Positions 48,375 through 57,380 of a DNA stretch of 64,000 nt are shown in pieces. The notes beneath the pieces are model-generated. The model was given only the letters and a program-made list of their open reading frames with translations, was not told the DNA's origin and did not search any database. The translations under genes were made by a program, and so were the position numbers. Where the stretch lies: positions 1 through 64,000 of IMG/VR virus record IMGVR_UViG_3300011242_000002; one strand, written 5' to 3'. This DNA comes from a virus (Duplodnaviria > Caudoviricetes). How positions within the stretch are numbered: position 1 is the stretch's first letter; every line of letters begins with the position of its first letter.

Positions 48375-48983
48375 ATGAGTTACGCGGAGCAATCAATGGG
48401 TGGAAAGAAAGGCTTTGGCACGGGGGCGATTGTCGCCATTATCTTTGGTGGGATTCTGGCGCTGCTGTTGGCAGTCGGCGGGGTGGCGTTCATGGCATAC
48501 GTCAGTGCGGCCAACAACGGCAACCAGATGGAGAACACCATCGACAACCTGCGTCAGAGTTCAGCATCGAACCTGAGTAACTTGACGATGCGTATCACTG
48601 AAATGGCGCAGGTGCCAGAAATGGCCACTGATCATTTAAAGCAGATTATTGAAGCCCAGATGTCCGGTCGCTATGGTGGGGATGGGTCAAAGGCGGTGGT
48701 GCAGTTCCTGCGTGAACAGAACCTGCAGGTGGATCAGCGCATGTATCTTAACATCCAAGCCGAGATGTCAGGTGGACGTAAAGAGTTCGAAATCACCCAA
48801 AACCGTTTGTTATCCCAATGCGCAGCCTATAAGAACGATCTGGGCAACGTGTGGTCCGGTTTCTGGTTAGGCTTAGCCGGCTATCCAAAAGCCGATTTGA
48901 AAGTGGTGTGTCGTGCCGTTACGGACAGCAAAACGGATAACGCCTTTGCCACCGGTCAACAAACCAAAATCAGTTTGAAGTAA
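48375..48983 (+). CDS. LemA-like membrane-anchored coiled-coil protein
   Basis: N-terminal TM, YVSAANNGNQMEN, MYLNIQAEM.GGRKEF..Q..L...CAAYKN..G..W.GF.L.LAGYP. Confidence 0.65.
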   Translation: MSYAEQSMGGKKGFGTGAIVAIIFGGILALLLAVGGVAFMAYVSAANNGNQMENTIDNLRQSSASNLSNLTMRITEMAQVPEMATDHLKQIIEAQMSGRYGGDGSKAVVQFLREQNLQVDQRMYLNIQAEMSGGRKEFEITQNRLLSQCAAYKNDLGNVWSGFWLGLAGYPKADLKVVCRAVTDSKTDNAFATGQQTKISLK

Positions 48984-49007
48984 TAATAACGCAGTGCGCT
49001 AAAACCA

Positions 49008-49036
49008 GGGGGCGGGAAACCGCCTCCTTTTATACC
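49008..49036 (+). terminator. hairpin + TTTTATACC variant
   Basis: GGGGGCGG-GAAA-CCGCCTCC-TTTTATACC. Confidence 0.7.
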
Positions 49037-49065
49037 AAAAAATTAACCTGTTGGAGTAGTAGCTT

Positions 49066-50340
49066 ATGTCCGGATATATGTCTATCGTTGAACGTTGCTT
49101 ACGCGTGGTTAACAATTCCCCAGACGGCGTTACCTGGACACGTTTAAATGAACGTGTTGACCTCTTAGCCAAAGCCAGCAAACGCGAGAAGACGCAAGTA
49201 TTTCAGCACCTTAAAGGAAAGAAAAATCTGTGGAACAACAACGCTGACGACATGTCAGACACCATGTTTATGCTCGTCGTCGATGCACCTGCGGATGCCG
49301 TAGCCGAAACCAGTACGACTCCTGTTTCTGCTACCGCTACCGCAAAGAAAGCACGCCTGAACAAATACAGCAGTTTGCACGTCAATAAGACCATGGGTCT
49401 GGAGCCTGTGGCGTTTAGCAATCCTCAACCTAAGGTGGTCAACATGCCTGGCGTTAACCCTGCAGCAGAAGTGGTCAATCATCCCACGCTGGAACGTGAC
49501 GACATCTTTGCCTACAACTCGTTCTACACCGAAGATGAAGTGATAGCCGAAATGGCGTATCACGTGGCACAGTCGGCAGGTCACGGCCTTACCTTAACCG
49601 CCCTGCGCATGTCGGTACCGGAGTTCTCCGAGTGCGACGACGATGACCGCTTCCACCTGGTCAACAAAATGCGTAACCGTTACGGTATTCAGTTCTACAC
49701 CAAGAAGTCGGCTTCGGGCAAGACCATCAAGGTGCTGGCCCTGCGTCGTGAAGGTACTGAAATTTCACGCCCTGAGTGGTTTACCAAGCAGCATCGGGAA
49801 GTGCGTCGTCACTTCCCACAAGAGAGCTCTGGTGAGCTGATCTCCCGCATCTCCGGTTCGGTTACCAACAACGCGATGGCGGAAGCCTTTGCCAAGCTGA
49901 ACCCGGCCCAGCTGTTTGCGGCCCAGTCCGGTAGCGAACACGATGAGCACGATGAGGAAGAAGATGACAGCATGTACGAGACCGAAGGTGAACTGCCTGA
50001 AGAGAAGAAAGAACCTGAGCCGGTAGTGGTTAACGTAAAAGAGGAAGAAGAGGAAGAAATTCCTGTAGCCGAACCAGAGTCAGTAAAGCTGACCCCTGCT
50101 CAACCGCAGCCGGTATCGAAAGCCGAAGTCACCCAGGCTGCCGATACTTTACGTCTGATTGCTGCCCAGCTGGAAGCCCAGGCCACGATCAGCGAAGAGC
50201 TGCGCAAGAAAAAGGAACGTTTCGACGTGCTGATGCGCATGGCACGGGAAAGCTCGGTGCAGATTCAAACTGCGCTGGATAACCACAACGAACTGTTGGA
50301 CGATCTGCAGAAAGCGGCTAACGACCTCACTGCGCTGTAA
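49066..50340 (+). CDS. hypothetical protein; possible winged-helix domains, acidic linker, C-terminal coiled coil
   Basis: 424 aa; SPDGVTWTRL and AGHGLTLTAL wHTH-like starts; E/D-rich segment. Confidence 0.75.
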   Translation: MSGYMSIVERCLRVVNNSPDGVTWTRLNERVDLLAKASKREKTQVFQHLKGKKNLWNNNADDMSDTMFMLVVDAPADAVAETSTTPVSATATAKKARLNKYSSLHVNKTMGLEPVAFSNPQPKVVNMPGVNPAAEVVNHPTLERDDIFAYNSFYTEDEVIAEMAYHVAQSAGHGLTLTALRMSVPEFSECDDDDRFHLVNKMRNRYGIQFYTKKSASGKTIKVLALRREGTEISRPEWFTKQHREVRRHFPQESSGELISRISGSVTNNAMAEAFAKLNPAQLFAAQSGSEHDEHDEEEDDSMYETEGELPEEKKEPEPVVVNVKEEEEEEIPVAEPESVKLTPAQPQPVSKAEVTQAADTLRLIAAQLEAQATISEELRKKKERFDVLMRMARESSVQIQTALDNHNELLDDLQKAANDLTAL

Positions 50341-50350
50341 GGAGTTCGTC

Positions 50351-51133
50351 ATGATTCCTGCAAACGTTGGAACACCAGACCCCGGTACGTTAAAGCTACT
50401 GGCCAGTCTGATGGAAGAACAGTTTGGTGTGAGTGAACGGGCTAAGCAAGCCACGGCGGTAGTTGAGCGTTTCAGTGGCATGCTGGAAGGCTCGCAGCAT
50501 CATCTCAATAAACTTTGGGCGGGGCATGAAGCCATCATGGCGGAACTGTTGGCTCTGGGTGAAGAGATGTCAGCGCTGCTGGCGGTAGAGAATCACACTC
50601 AAACCTTTAACGGTGCAATCGTCATTGATAACATCGTGGTTGAAGTGGAGATCCAATACCGCGTGGTTACCCGCAACGGTAACCCCGGTCCGGCGATCGA
50701 TGCCCTTACCTTCAAGCAGGGTAAGGAGCGGGTAGACATCGTCTCGCAGAACAGCACGAGCCTGGTGGTCTATGAAGACAAAGAGCTGCTGATGGATGTT
50801 GCCATCAATACCTTAGGTGGCAGCAGCATGGAAGATGCTCTGCGCTTTGTCATGACCGCGGTGGAACGCTGGACGCTAAAACACCGTCACGATAACCACT
50901 TTGATCTGGTGATCAAGCTGTTGTTAAAATGCCAGGTGATTGTTCACCCAGTGGAAAAGGAGATCAACCCTACCCCACCGGTTGTCGAACCTGAAACCAC
51001 TACCACTCTTACCCGTGCCCCACACACCCGCGAATACATTGCCCACGGCACCACGTTCTGGCGTGACGGTCATTACCGTACCAGCAGTCGTGGTAACCGC
51101 TACTGGGTAGAAGGGCACTTCGTAACTCGTTAA
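50351..51133 (+). CDS. hypothetical protein with C-terminal His/Arg/Trp motif
   Basis: Ends WRDGHYRTSSRGNRYWVEGHFVTR. Confidence 0.75.
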   Translation: MIPANVGTPDPGTLKLLASLMEEQFGVSERAKQATAVVERFSGMLEGSQHHLNKLWAGHEAIMAELLALGEEMSALLAVENHTQTFNGAIVIDNIVVEVEIQYRVVTRNGNPGPAIDALTFKQGKERVDIVSQNSTSLVVYEDKELLMDVAINTLGGSSMEDALRFVMTAVERWTLKHRHDNHFDLVIKLLLKCQVIVHPVEKEINPTPPVVEPETTTTLTRAPHTREYIAHGTTFWRDGHYRTSSRGNRYWVEGHFVTR

Positions 51134-51145
51134 TAAGGAAAGTAA

Positions 51146-51379
51146 ATGAGCAAGACCAATGTAAACACCGATAACATGATCAGTTTGAAAGACGCGTCTG
51201 ACGACCTGGGTATCAGCCAGAAAGCACTGCGCATTCGTATCAGCAAAGGCAAGTTTCCACAGCCCGATGCCCGTAAAGGCGATGAACTTTTTTGGAACAC
51301 GGATACGTTGTGCGGTATCGTGACCCCTAATGATCGCGTGGTACAAGCATTAGGACTGGATCAAGATATTCCGTTCTAA
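51146..51379 (+). CDS. small HTH DNA-binding protein (AlpA/excisionase-like)
   Basis: MISLKDASDDLGISQKALRIRISKGKFPQPD..LFW. Confidence 0.75.
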   Translation: MSKTNVNTDNMISLKDASDDLGISQKALRIRISKGKFPQPDARKGDELFWNTDTLCGIVTPNDRVVQALGLDQDIPF

Positions 51380-51381
51380 GC

Positions 51382-51421
51382 GGCATAAGGAGTAGGGGGC
51401 TTCCCCTACTCTTTTTTTTTT
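51382..51421. terminator. GGCATAA-hairpin-T-tract
   Basis: GAGTAGGGG/CCCCTACTC stem, T-run; GGCATAA on the 5' side. Confidence 0.75.
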
Positions 51422-51452
51422 ATTTGTTTTAAAGCCTACATTACTAAGGTGT
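51422..51452 (+). promoter_or_regulatory. early promoter TACATTAC
   Basis: AAAGCCTACATTACTAAGGTG (core 51437-51444). Confidence 0.7.
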
Positions 51453-51482
51453 GTACTCACCCACTTTAATAAGGACCCCGAC

Positions 51483-53240
51483 ATGTCAGACCACGTAATT
51501 GATTTACTGAACGATGACGAAGTAGAATTAAAATCCCAGGTCATCTATTCACCGAAAATCCTGACATCGGTGATAGTATCCTGGACCAGTCATGCGTTCC
51601 AACGCATTAACCACTACACGATCGATTTTAACCGTTACATGTCGGCTATCTGGCAGACTCATCCAGACGGCTACCGTTACATCAAGGTGCGTGACATTGA
51701 AATCAAGCAACGCATCAATAAAGACGACTATCTCCATGGTCGTATCACCTTAGACATGGTGTATCGTGATGGTGCATTCACTATCAACGAAGCGTTGTTT
51801 ACGGGTGCGTATTTCTCCAATGCCGATCCGATGCTCATGGTTGATTACGAAGGTATCCGTGATGAGATCATTGAGTCTATCGTTGTGGATAATACCCACG
51901 TGCTGGCAACCGGGCTCAAATCACCCGAACCTAAGACTCCGTCTAAAGAGACACCTGACATTCTCAAGACGGTTTTGGCTTATGGTCCTGCGGGCTACAA
52001 GGATAAAGGTTCGTGCCTTCAGATCTTCCACGTTCCACCGCATCGCGGTATTGTACGTGGTGTTAACGATGGCTCGTCTGTACTGGAGTTGGAGAACGTT
52101 CGTTTAGAAACCCCTTATCCACCGGATGAAGAGTACAACCAGCGTAAACTGGAAATCGGCGTAACCGGGACGATCACCTTTGTTAACGGTGAGGCGGTGT
52201 TGCCAGAAATAAAACTGGTTAACCCATACATTCTGGTGCTTAAAGATGGTGAGTGGAAGCGTTCTGAAAAGCGTGCTGAATTCATCGGGTACGTAACGAA
52301 CCTGATCTTTGATAAAGAACGCGAAATCGTGTTAGACGCACCGGCTAACTACGAACTCCATCCGTACGTCTGGCTGGAAGGGATGAACCACCACCCTGAA
52401 CACATGGGTCACTGGGTACCATTCAATGGCTGGCGTATGAAAGACCGTTACGACCTGCAGTTGAAGAACGGGGAGATTCACAAGTACTATTACCCTAATG
52501 CGTGTGCGTGGTCCAAGTTCGGTGAACACGATGGTCCGAGTCGTGTGACTGACGACGAAGTAGCAATGATTCGTCAGGTGCCGGATGAGGAATGTACTGA
52601 AAAGTATTTCTTCAGTGGTCAGGAACGTATCAAGCGTAATCTGCAGAGCTTCGGTGATGCAGTACCTGATGTTTACGTACTGCCTGACGGGTCTGTGCAG
52701 TTCAAGATTCGTCATCGTCGTATGTTTGCGGACAGCCAGATCGTTGCCGATGTTTCACCACAGGACTTCTTCAACCACACCTCGACGATCTTAGGTCACG
52801 GTGACTTTACGTTGACTGAAGTAATGCACGTGCCGTTCCGTGTTGACGAACCGTTGTTTAAAGCAGCAATTCGCTATCTGAAAGGTCAGCTGGTAAACAA
52901 GCAGTACTCGGGCTTCAGTCTGGTCGAAGATGCACGTCATGGTTACATCGGTTCGCTCAACGGTAGCAGCTACGCCGATAGTGAAGTCGACTGGGTAATT
53001 CGCCAGCTGATTCCCATTGCGCAGGCACTGCCCGAGAAGCCGGAGGAGAAGGGTCCGTATATCGTCGATCCGTTCCGTACGGGTCAGGGTATCTCGCCCA
53101 ATCAGAAACCGAACAAGAACGGGCGTGTCTATCAGTTCCCGGGTCAGCCGAAGAAGCCGAAGAATAACAAGGCGCTGAAGAAGGCGGCGAAGAAAGAACG
53201 CACTCGTGCACTTAAGGAGGCGAAAGGTGATAAAGCTTAA
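51483..53240 (+). CDS. hypothetical protein with basic C-terminus
   Basis: 585 aa, AAGGA RBS. Confidence 0.8.
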   Translation: MSDHVIDLLNDDEVELKSQVIYSPKILTSVIVSWTSHAFQRINHYTIDFNRYMSAIWQTHPDGYRYIKVRDIEIKQRINKDDYLHGRITLDMVYRDGAFTINEALFTGAYFSNADPMLMVDYEGIRDEIIESIVVDNTHVLATGLKSPEPKTPSKETPDILKTVLAYGPAGYKDKGSCLQIFHVPPHRGIVRGVNDGSSVLELENVRLETPYPPDEEYNQRKLEIGVTGTITFVNGEAVLPEIKLVNPYILVLKDGEWKRSEKRAEFIGYVTNLIFDKEREIVLDAPANYELHPYVWLEGMNHHPEHMGHWVPFNGWRMKDRYDLQLKNGEIHKYYYPNACAWSKFGEHDGPSRVTDDEVAMIRQVPDEECTEKYFFSGQERIKRNLQSFGDAVPDVYVLPDGSVQFKIRHRRMFADSQIVADVSPQDFFNHTSTILGHGDFTLTEVMHVPFRVDEPLFKAAIRYLKGQLVNKQYSGFSLVEDARHGYIGSLNGSSYADSEVDWVIRQLIPIAQALPEKPEEKGPYIVDPFRTGQGISPNQKPNKNGRVYQFPGQPKKPKNNKALKKAAKKERTRALKEAKGDKA

Positions 53241-53658
53241 ACCCTGTCCGCTGTGCGCGTCAAAGGCCAAAGCGGAACGACATGCGCTGGTCTTCTGGCG
53301 CGTGAAATGCACGCAGTGCATGCTGGTCTTAAAGGACATGCACACTTCAGAAGAATCCGTCAGCCAGGCTTGGAACACGCGCATGACCGAGCAGGACAAG
53401 CGTAATGAAGGGAAGCGCTGGCACCCGAAGGATTATTTCGAAATCGTCAACCTGCGTACCGGTGAAGTGTATGAGCGTTTTCGTGAGTATGAAGGGGAAG
53501 AAGACGAAATAGACGTCGACTATATTGGCACTCTCGTCAAGTACGGGTTTGGCTGGGATCACATCGACTTTGCTAAACGCACGGGCACGGACACCGCGTT
53601 CCATAAAGGGGACACGGTGGAACTCCGTTACTACGAAGAATGTTGGTGGAGGGATTAA
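53227..53658 (+). CDS. Lar-family (restriction alleviation-like) zinc-finger protein
   Basis: LKPCPLC...WRVKCTQC...AWNTR; GTG start after AAGGAGG. Confidence 0.7.
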   Translation: MIKLKPCPLCASKAKAERHALVFWRVKCTQCMLVLKDMHTSEESVSQAWNTRMTEQDKRNEGKRWHPKDYFEIVNLRTGEVYERFREYEGEEDEIDVDYIGTLVKYGFGWDHIDFAKRTGTDTAFHKGDTVELRYYEECWWRD

Positions 53659-53659
53659 C

Positions 53660-54145
53660 ATGGTTGATGTGTCAGCACCCATCCTGGAGGTGGGCAAAGC
53701 GTATCTGATTGGTGAGTCGCAGCGTGGGCTGCTGATCACCAACGATATTGTGTTTACGCCGGTGTTGGGTTTCTTTAACACCGGTCTACTCACCGAATCC
53801 GTGCTTATTCATTCGCACGAGTACAATGACCTGGGACCCTTTCTTAATCGAGTCCATGCGGCACAGGTCCACGTCGGTGACTTCTTAATGACCAGCAGCG
53901 GCGTACGCATTATGCTAGGTCCACGGGCAACAGAGTTGATGCAGAACAAAACGTGGCCAGGAACGGTTACCGGTGTAGTGATGGCCTGTGCTCAAGGCTT
54001 TGCCATGACGGCATTGGGTGGGGCGTCTGAAGTCTTTGAGACCTCCCGCTGGCGTGAGTTGCCCATGATGCACCACTACCAGCTCTGCTGGGTAGATCGT
54101 GAAGGTCATCACCGCGCCTTTACCGACATTGTCGAGGTAAGCTAG
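53660..54145 (+). CDS. hypothetical protein
   Basis: ATG at 53660 after GGAGGG. Confidence 0.7.
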   Translation: MVDVSAPILEVGKAYLIGESQRGLLITNDIVFTPVLGFFNTGLLTESVLIHSHEYNDLGPFLNRVHAAQVHVGDFLMTSSGVRIMLGPRATELMQNKTWPGTVTGVVMACAQGFAMTALGGASEVFETSRWRELPMMHHYQLCWVDREGHHRAFTDIVEVS

Positions 54146-54345
54146 CCTACCTATTATTCTATAGTAGGTAGTACTCTGTGACAATCAATTGTGAGCGTCA
54201 CACAAAAGTGAGGTGATCAGGGCTTAGCCCGTATCTTCCACGGGGAAGGGTTAGACTCCGGCTGCGGTTGCATAACCGTATGTACAGCTACTCAAGTCGG
54301 CCGGCTTAGGTGGTTGTGCGTCACGCTGTTTTCTACATAACCTAC
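54146..54345 (+). ncRNA. candidate structured non-coding RNA
   Basis: 200 nt gene-free tract with several stems, ending at a hairpin+TTATGCC element; no family recognised. Confidence 0.3.
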
Positions 54346-54376
54346 GGCTGGGGGAAACCCCAGCCCTTTTATGCCG
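54346..54376 (+). terminator. GAAA hairpin + TTATGCCG
   Basis: GGCTGGGG-GAAA-CCCCAGCC-CTTTTATGCCG. Confidence 0.75.
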
Positions 54377-54393
54377 CTTTAAGGACAACTTGT

Positions 54394-55032
54394 ATGAAAA
54401 TCATACCAAAAAGAACGCTTGACAAGCTCTTAGAAAAGATCGGTCAAGAGCAATATACGCTGCAGGATGACCCAATGATCGTTCCATGGAACTGGTTAGG
54501 TGATGACTTTATGCAAACCATACGCGGTTGCTACGGCCTCAATCTACCAAAGGAAAACAGAGCAGGTTACTGTCTCTCGCTGAAACAGGGTATTAAACTG
54601 GACTCTGATGGGGAACTGTTCTGGCCACACTTTGTGGGTTTTTACTCAGCGCGTTCTAATTCGGCGTGTGAGTCCGTTGGCATTACCTACGGGTTATATC
54701 TCGAGGGCGAAGAACACCACATGTGGATTGCGCTCAGTGGCTGGGAAATAGGGCGGCTGCGCGGCAGTAAACACAATGCAGGGTTAACGATGGGTACCGT
54801 TGATTATAATCGTCGTGTAGTCTATGGTCACTATCCGGCGATTAAAGAGGCTATCCTTGTGCTGGGTCGGCTGTTAATGGTACGTGAACAAAGCCGTGGT
54901 GATTCTTATCTGGCCTGCTTTGCAACGCATCATCTTTACGATGAGCTGTATGGTACACAGAACAGTGACCCGATCCGCGATATGGATCTCGATACCAACC
55001 GTCCGTTAAACCAACTTGTCTGGGGTAAATAA
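54394..55032 (+). CDS. hypothetical protein
   Basis: ATG at 54394 after AAGGA; the upstream ORF extension runs through a terminator. Confidence 0.7.
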   Translation: MKIIPKRTLDKLLEKIGQEQYTLQDDPMIVPWNWLGDDFMQTIRGCYGLNLPKENRAGYCLSLKQGIKLDSDGELFWPHFVGFYSARSNSACESVGITYGLYLEGEEHHMWIALSGWEIGRLRGSKHNAGLTMGTVDYNRRVVYGHYPAIKEAILVLGRLLMVREQSRGDSYLACFATHHLYDELYGTQNSDPIRDMDLDTNRPLNQLVWGK

Positions 55033-55034
55033 CG

Positions 55035-55445
55035 ATGCGCGCATATTCTATTTTGATCAAAGACGCTGACGAGCCAGAAATGGCGGCTATGCTGTTCCAG
55101 TCTGAACATGAAATGGATTTCGACGAAATTAAAACCATTATCGAACGCGTCGTTAACTATGACGACCTGCAAGATAAGTTCTATTACCGCATGGCTGACG
55201 AAGAGACCACCTACAGCATCATTGATGTGATGGGTGTGCCGTTGCCATTGTTCACATACCACAACGTCACCCGTCGAGACTGGCCACGGGCCGTAGCGGA
55301 TGTGATCACCAAGAATGCTATTGGGTATGTAGTGATCAACTTCACGCCAGAAGCGATGGCAATCGCGGTGAAAAACACTGCTGGTATCATGGGGCTGGGT
55401 GACGTGACAGGCCCACTACGTGGTATCCCACACCTGGAGACCTAA
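55035..55445 (+). CDS. hypothetical protein
   Basis: 136 aa. Confidence 0.7.
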   Translation: MRAYSILIKDADEPEMAAMLFQSEHEMDFDEIKTIIERVVNYDDLQDKFYYRMADEETTYSIIDVMGVPLPLFTYHNVTRRDWPRAVADVITKNAIGYVVINFTPEAMAIAVKNTAGIMGLGDVTGPLRGIPHLET

Positions 55446-55548
55446 ATAACCCCGCCGGTTAAAAATGTAAAGATTTACATAATTCAACGATAGTTTGAAT
55501 AGCAGCTGTGACGATTACTTTTGATCTACTTAAGTAAGGACACAAAAT

Positions 55549-56199
55549 ATGACCCACCTTTTACTTGCAGATCTGGAAACGGGCAGCACTGAGAAAGACG
55601 CCGCGGCATTTTCAATTGCTGCAGCACTTGTTCGGCTCGACGATCCTGAGTCTGTTGTTAAGCTGCAGGAAGCCTTTATGAATAATGAAGCGCATCCTGA
55701 TAGCCTGTATTGTAAGTTACACGTTGGTGATCAGTGGTTAGACGGACGACGTCTTGATCCAGCTACGCAGGCTTGGTGGCAGCAAGAGCGTCTGCGTAAA
55801 CCACGCGATGCCCAAAGGGGCGGCACCGGTTCCTTCCGCGATGCGTTAGCGCAATACGTAAAGCTGGTTGAAGAACTGATTGTCCGTCACCAGGCGGTGC
55901 ACGGCGAGTCCAGTAAGATCGTTGTGTACTTTCGTGATCGTCAGTTTGATGACAACATTCTGCAGCATGCTGCAGAGATGTACAACATCAAGCTGCCGTA
56001 TATCCATAACCAACGGCGCGATGTAAGAACCTTTATCGATGCCAAGCTAAACACCACCATCGGGTACATCCCTGACTTCAAACCGTTTCCTGATTTACCG
56101 CGTCATCATGCCATGACTGACGTGCTTCGAGACGCAGCTTCAATGTGTGAAGCTCATCGTCGTTCTTTGGTAAGTGCACACAGCAATACGTCGCCCTAA
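55549..56199 (+). CDS. DEDDh 3'-5' exonuclease (Rv2179c/exoribonuclease-like)
   Basis: LADLETGS, TQAWWQQ, FDDNIL, RDVRT, HHAMTD. Confidence 0.8.
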   Translation: MTHLLLADLETGSTEKDAAAFSIAAALVRLDDPESVVKLQEAFMNNEAHPDSLYCKLHVGDQWLDGRRLDPATQAWWQQERLRKPRDAQRGGTGSFRDALAQYVKLVEELIVRHQAVHGESSKIVVYFRDRQFDDNILQHAAEMYNIKLPYIHNQRRDVRTFIDAKLNTTIGYIPDFKPFPDLPRHHAMTDVLRDAASMCEAHRRSLVSAHSNTSP

Positions 56200-56371
56200 C
56201 CGGCGGCCGTTTTATACCGATCGGACCCGTCAACCGAACGGTTTAGTACCAGCATAAGCACGTGTGTGCGGAACGGCAGGACAGTCAAGACAATGGAAAC
56301 GTCGATGGCGAATACTCGTTCGGACTAGCCACCGAATAGAGTGCAAGTAACTTTGATTCTGGAGGATCATC

Positions 56372-56818
56372 ATGACTAATCTTAACGTTGCGAACTACTG
56401 GGCTGAAGTGAATAACCATGCAGCAGTTGGATCAATGGCGAGCAGTGACGTGACCCAGGTATTCCATCCGTTTACGCTGCAGGTCATTCTGCATGGACTG
56501 CACATTAATGATATCAAACAGCCAGGTGTGACGTTTACCGGTCGCTGCTTAGAATTACCCAACATCAACACTCACCTGTCACCAATCAAGACCTTCATTT
56601 GCCGCTTCGATTTCCAGGGCACGCGGATGATCCAGTCAATGGTGGTCAGCGTCAAAATGGACCTGAGTACCAACCAGGTTTCGGGTGTGCCGCTGTTGGG
56701 CTGGGACGTTCATGGCCATTCCATTGCTGATGCACTGGATCTGCGCCAGGGAATGGAGATTTACGGTTCGTATGGTAATATCAAAGCATGTGCCGACTGG
56801 TTAATGACAGCGGCATAG
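56372..56818 (+). CDS. hypothetical protein
   Basis: 148 aa, GGAGG RBS. Confidence 0.7.
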   Translation: MTNLNVANYWAEVNNHAAVGSMASSDVTQVFHPFTLQVILHGLHINDIKQPGVTFTGRCLELPNINTHLSPIKTFICRFDFQGTRMIQSMVVSVKMDLSTNQVSGVPLLGWDVHGHSIADALDLRQGMEIYGSYGNIKACADWLMTAA

Positions 56819-56875
56819 TTTACCAGGTGGCGCTGTGGGGTATGACCCCTAGCGCTGTACCTACCTTTACTCTAA

Positions 56876-57328
56876 ATGGGAATTACACTGATGCTTAAGA
56901 TCTTCAATGAGTGTTTAATCGCAATCAATACCTGCATTAAAAATTTACTCGAAGATGGCCTGCTGACTGTACGTCAGGACTTCGGTAAAACAATCGAACC
57001 CTGGCAGCGCAAAGTGCTGGACGGTGTGGTGGGGGGTAGCGAGGTAACCGAGATTACCGGCTGTCACTTACCGCAGGTTGATATTCACGGCATGCCAACT
57101 GACAGCATGGTCGTGGGAATTCAGTACAAGAAAGATGACCGTCTGGAGTGGGCGTCGGCGTTGGTGGTGTCCAACGCAACGACCCAATGGTCGAACGTCT
57201 CGGTCCTTGACTCGGTCGCGCAAGACGCCGGCAAAGATGAAGACGACAAAGTAATCAGTTTAACTTATGACAACATTGGTGTTGTGGGACGGATGGCCGA
57301 AGAAGCCCTGACCGCAAAAGCCGCATAA
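56876..57328 (+). CDS. hypothetical protein
   Basis: 150 aa. Confidence 0.7.
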   Translation: MGITLMLKIFNECLIAINTCIKNLLEDGLLTVRQDFGKTIEPWQRKVLDGVVGGSEVTEITGCHLPQVDIHGMPTDSMVVGIQYKKDDRLEWASALVVSNATTQWSNVSVLDSVAQDAGKDEDDKVISLTYDNIGVVGRMAEEALTAKAA

Positions 57329-57380
57329 TTACAAGACTATAGACAAGAGTTCGCCTGTTTCATTTTTACTCAAGGATTTA

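Noticed and set aside
54187-54207. lac operator-like AATTGTGAGCG
   Set aside because: Only a half-site match, explained as part of a TGTGAC/GTCACA stem; no vector context
54310-54393. N-terminal extension of the 54310 ORF
   Set aside because: Runs through a terminator hairpin; ATG at 54394 has a proper RBS
54146-56371. tRNA genes in the intergenic tracts
   Set aside because: No cloverleaf with T-loop GTTCGA and acceptor stem found by eye; tRNAscan-SE/ARAGORN would be decisive
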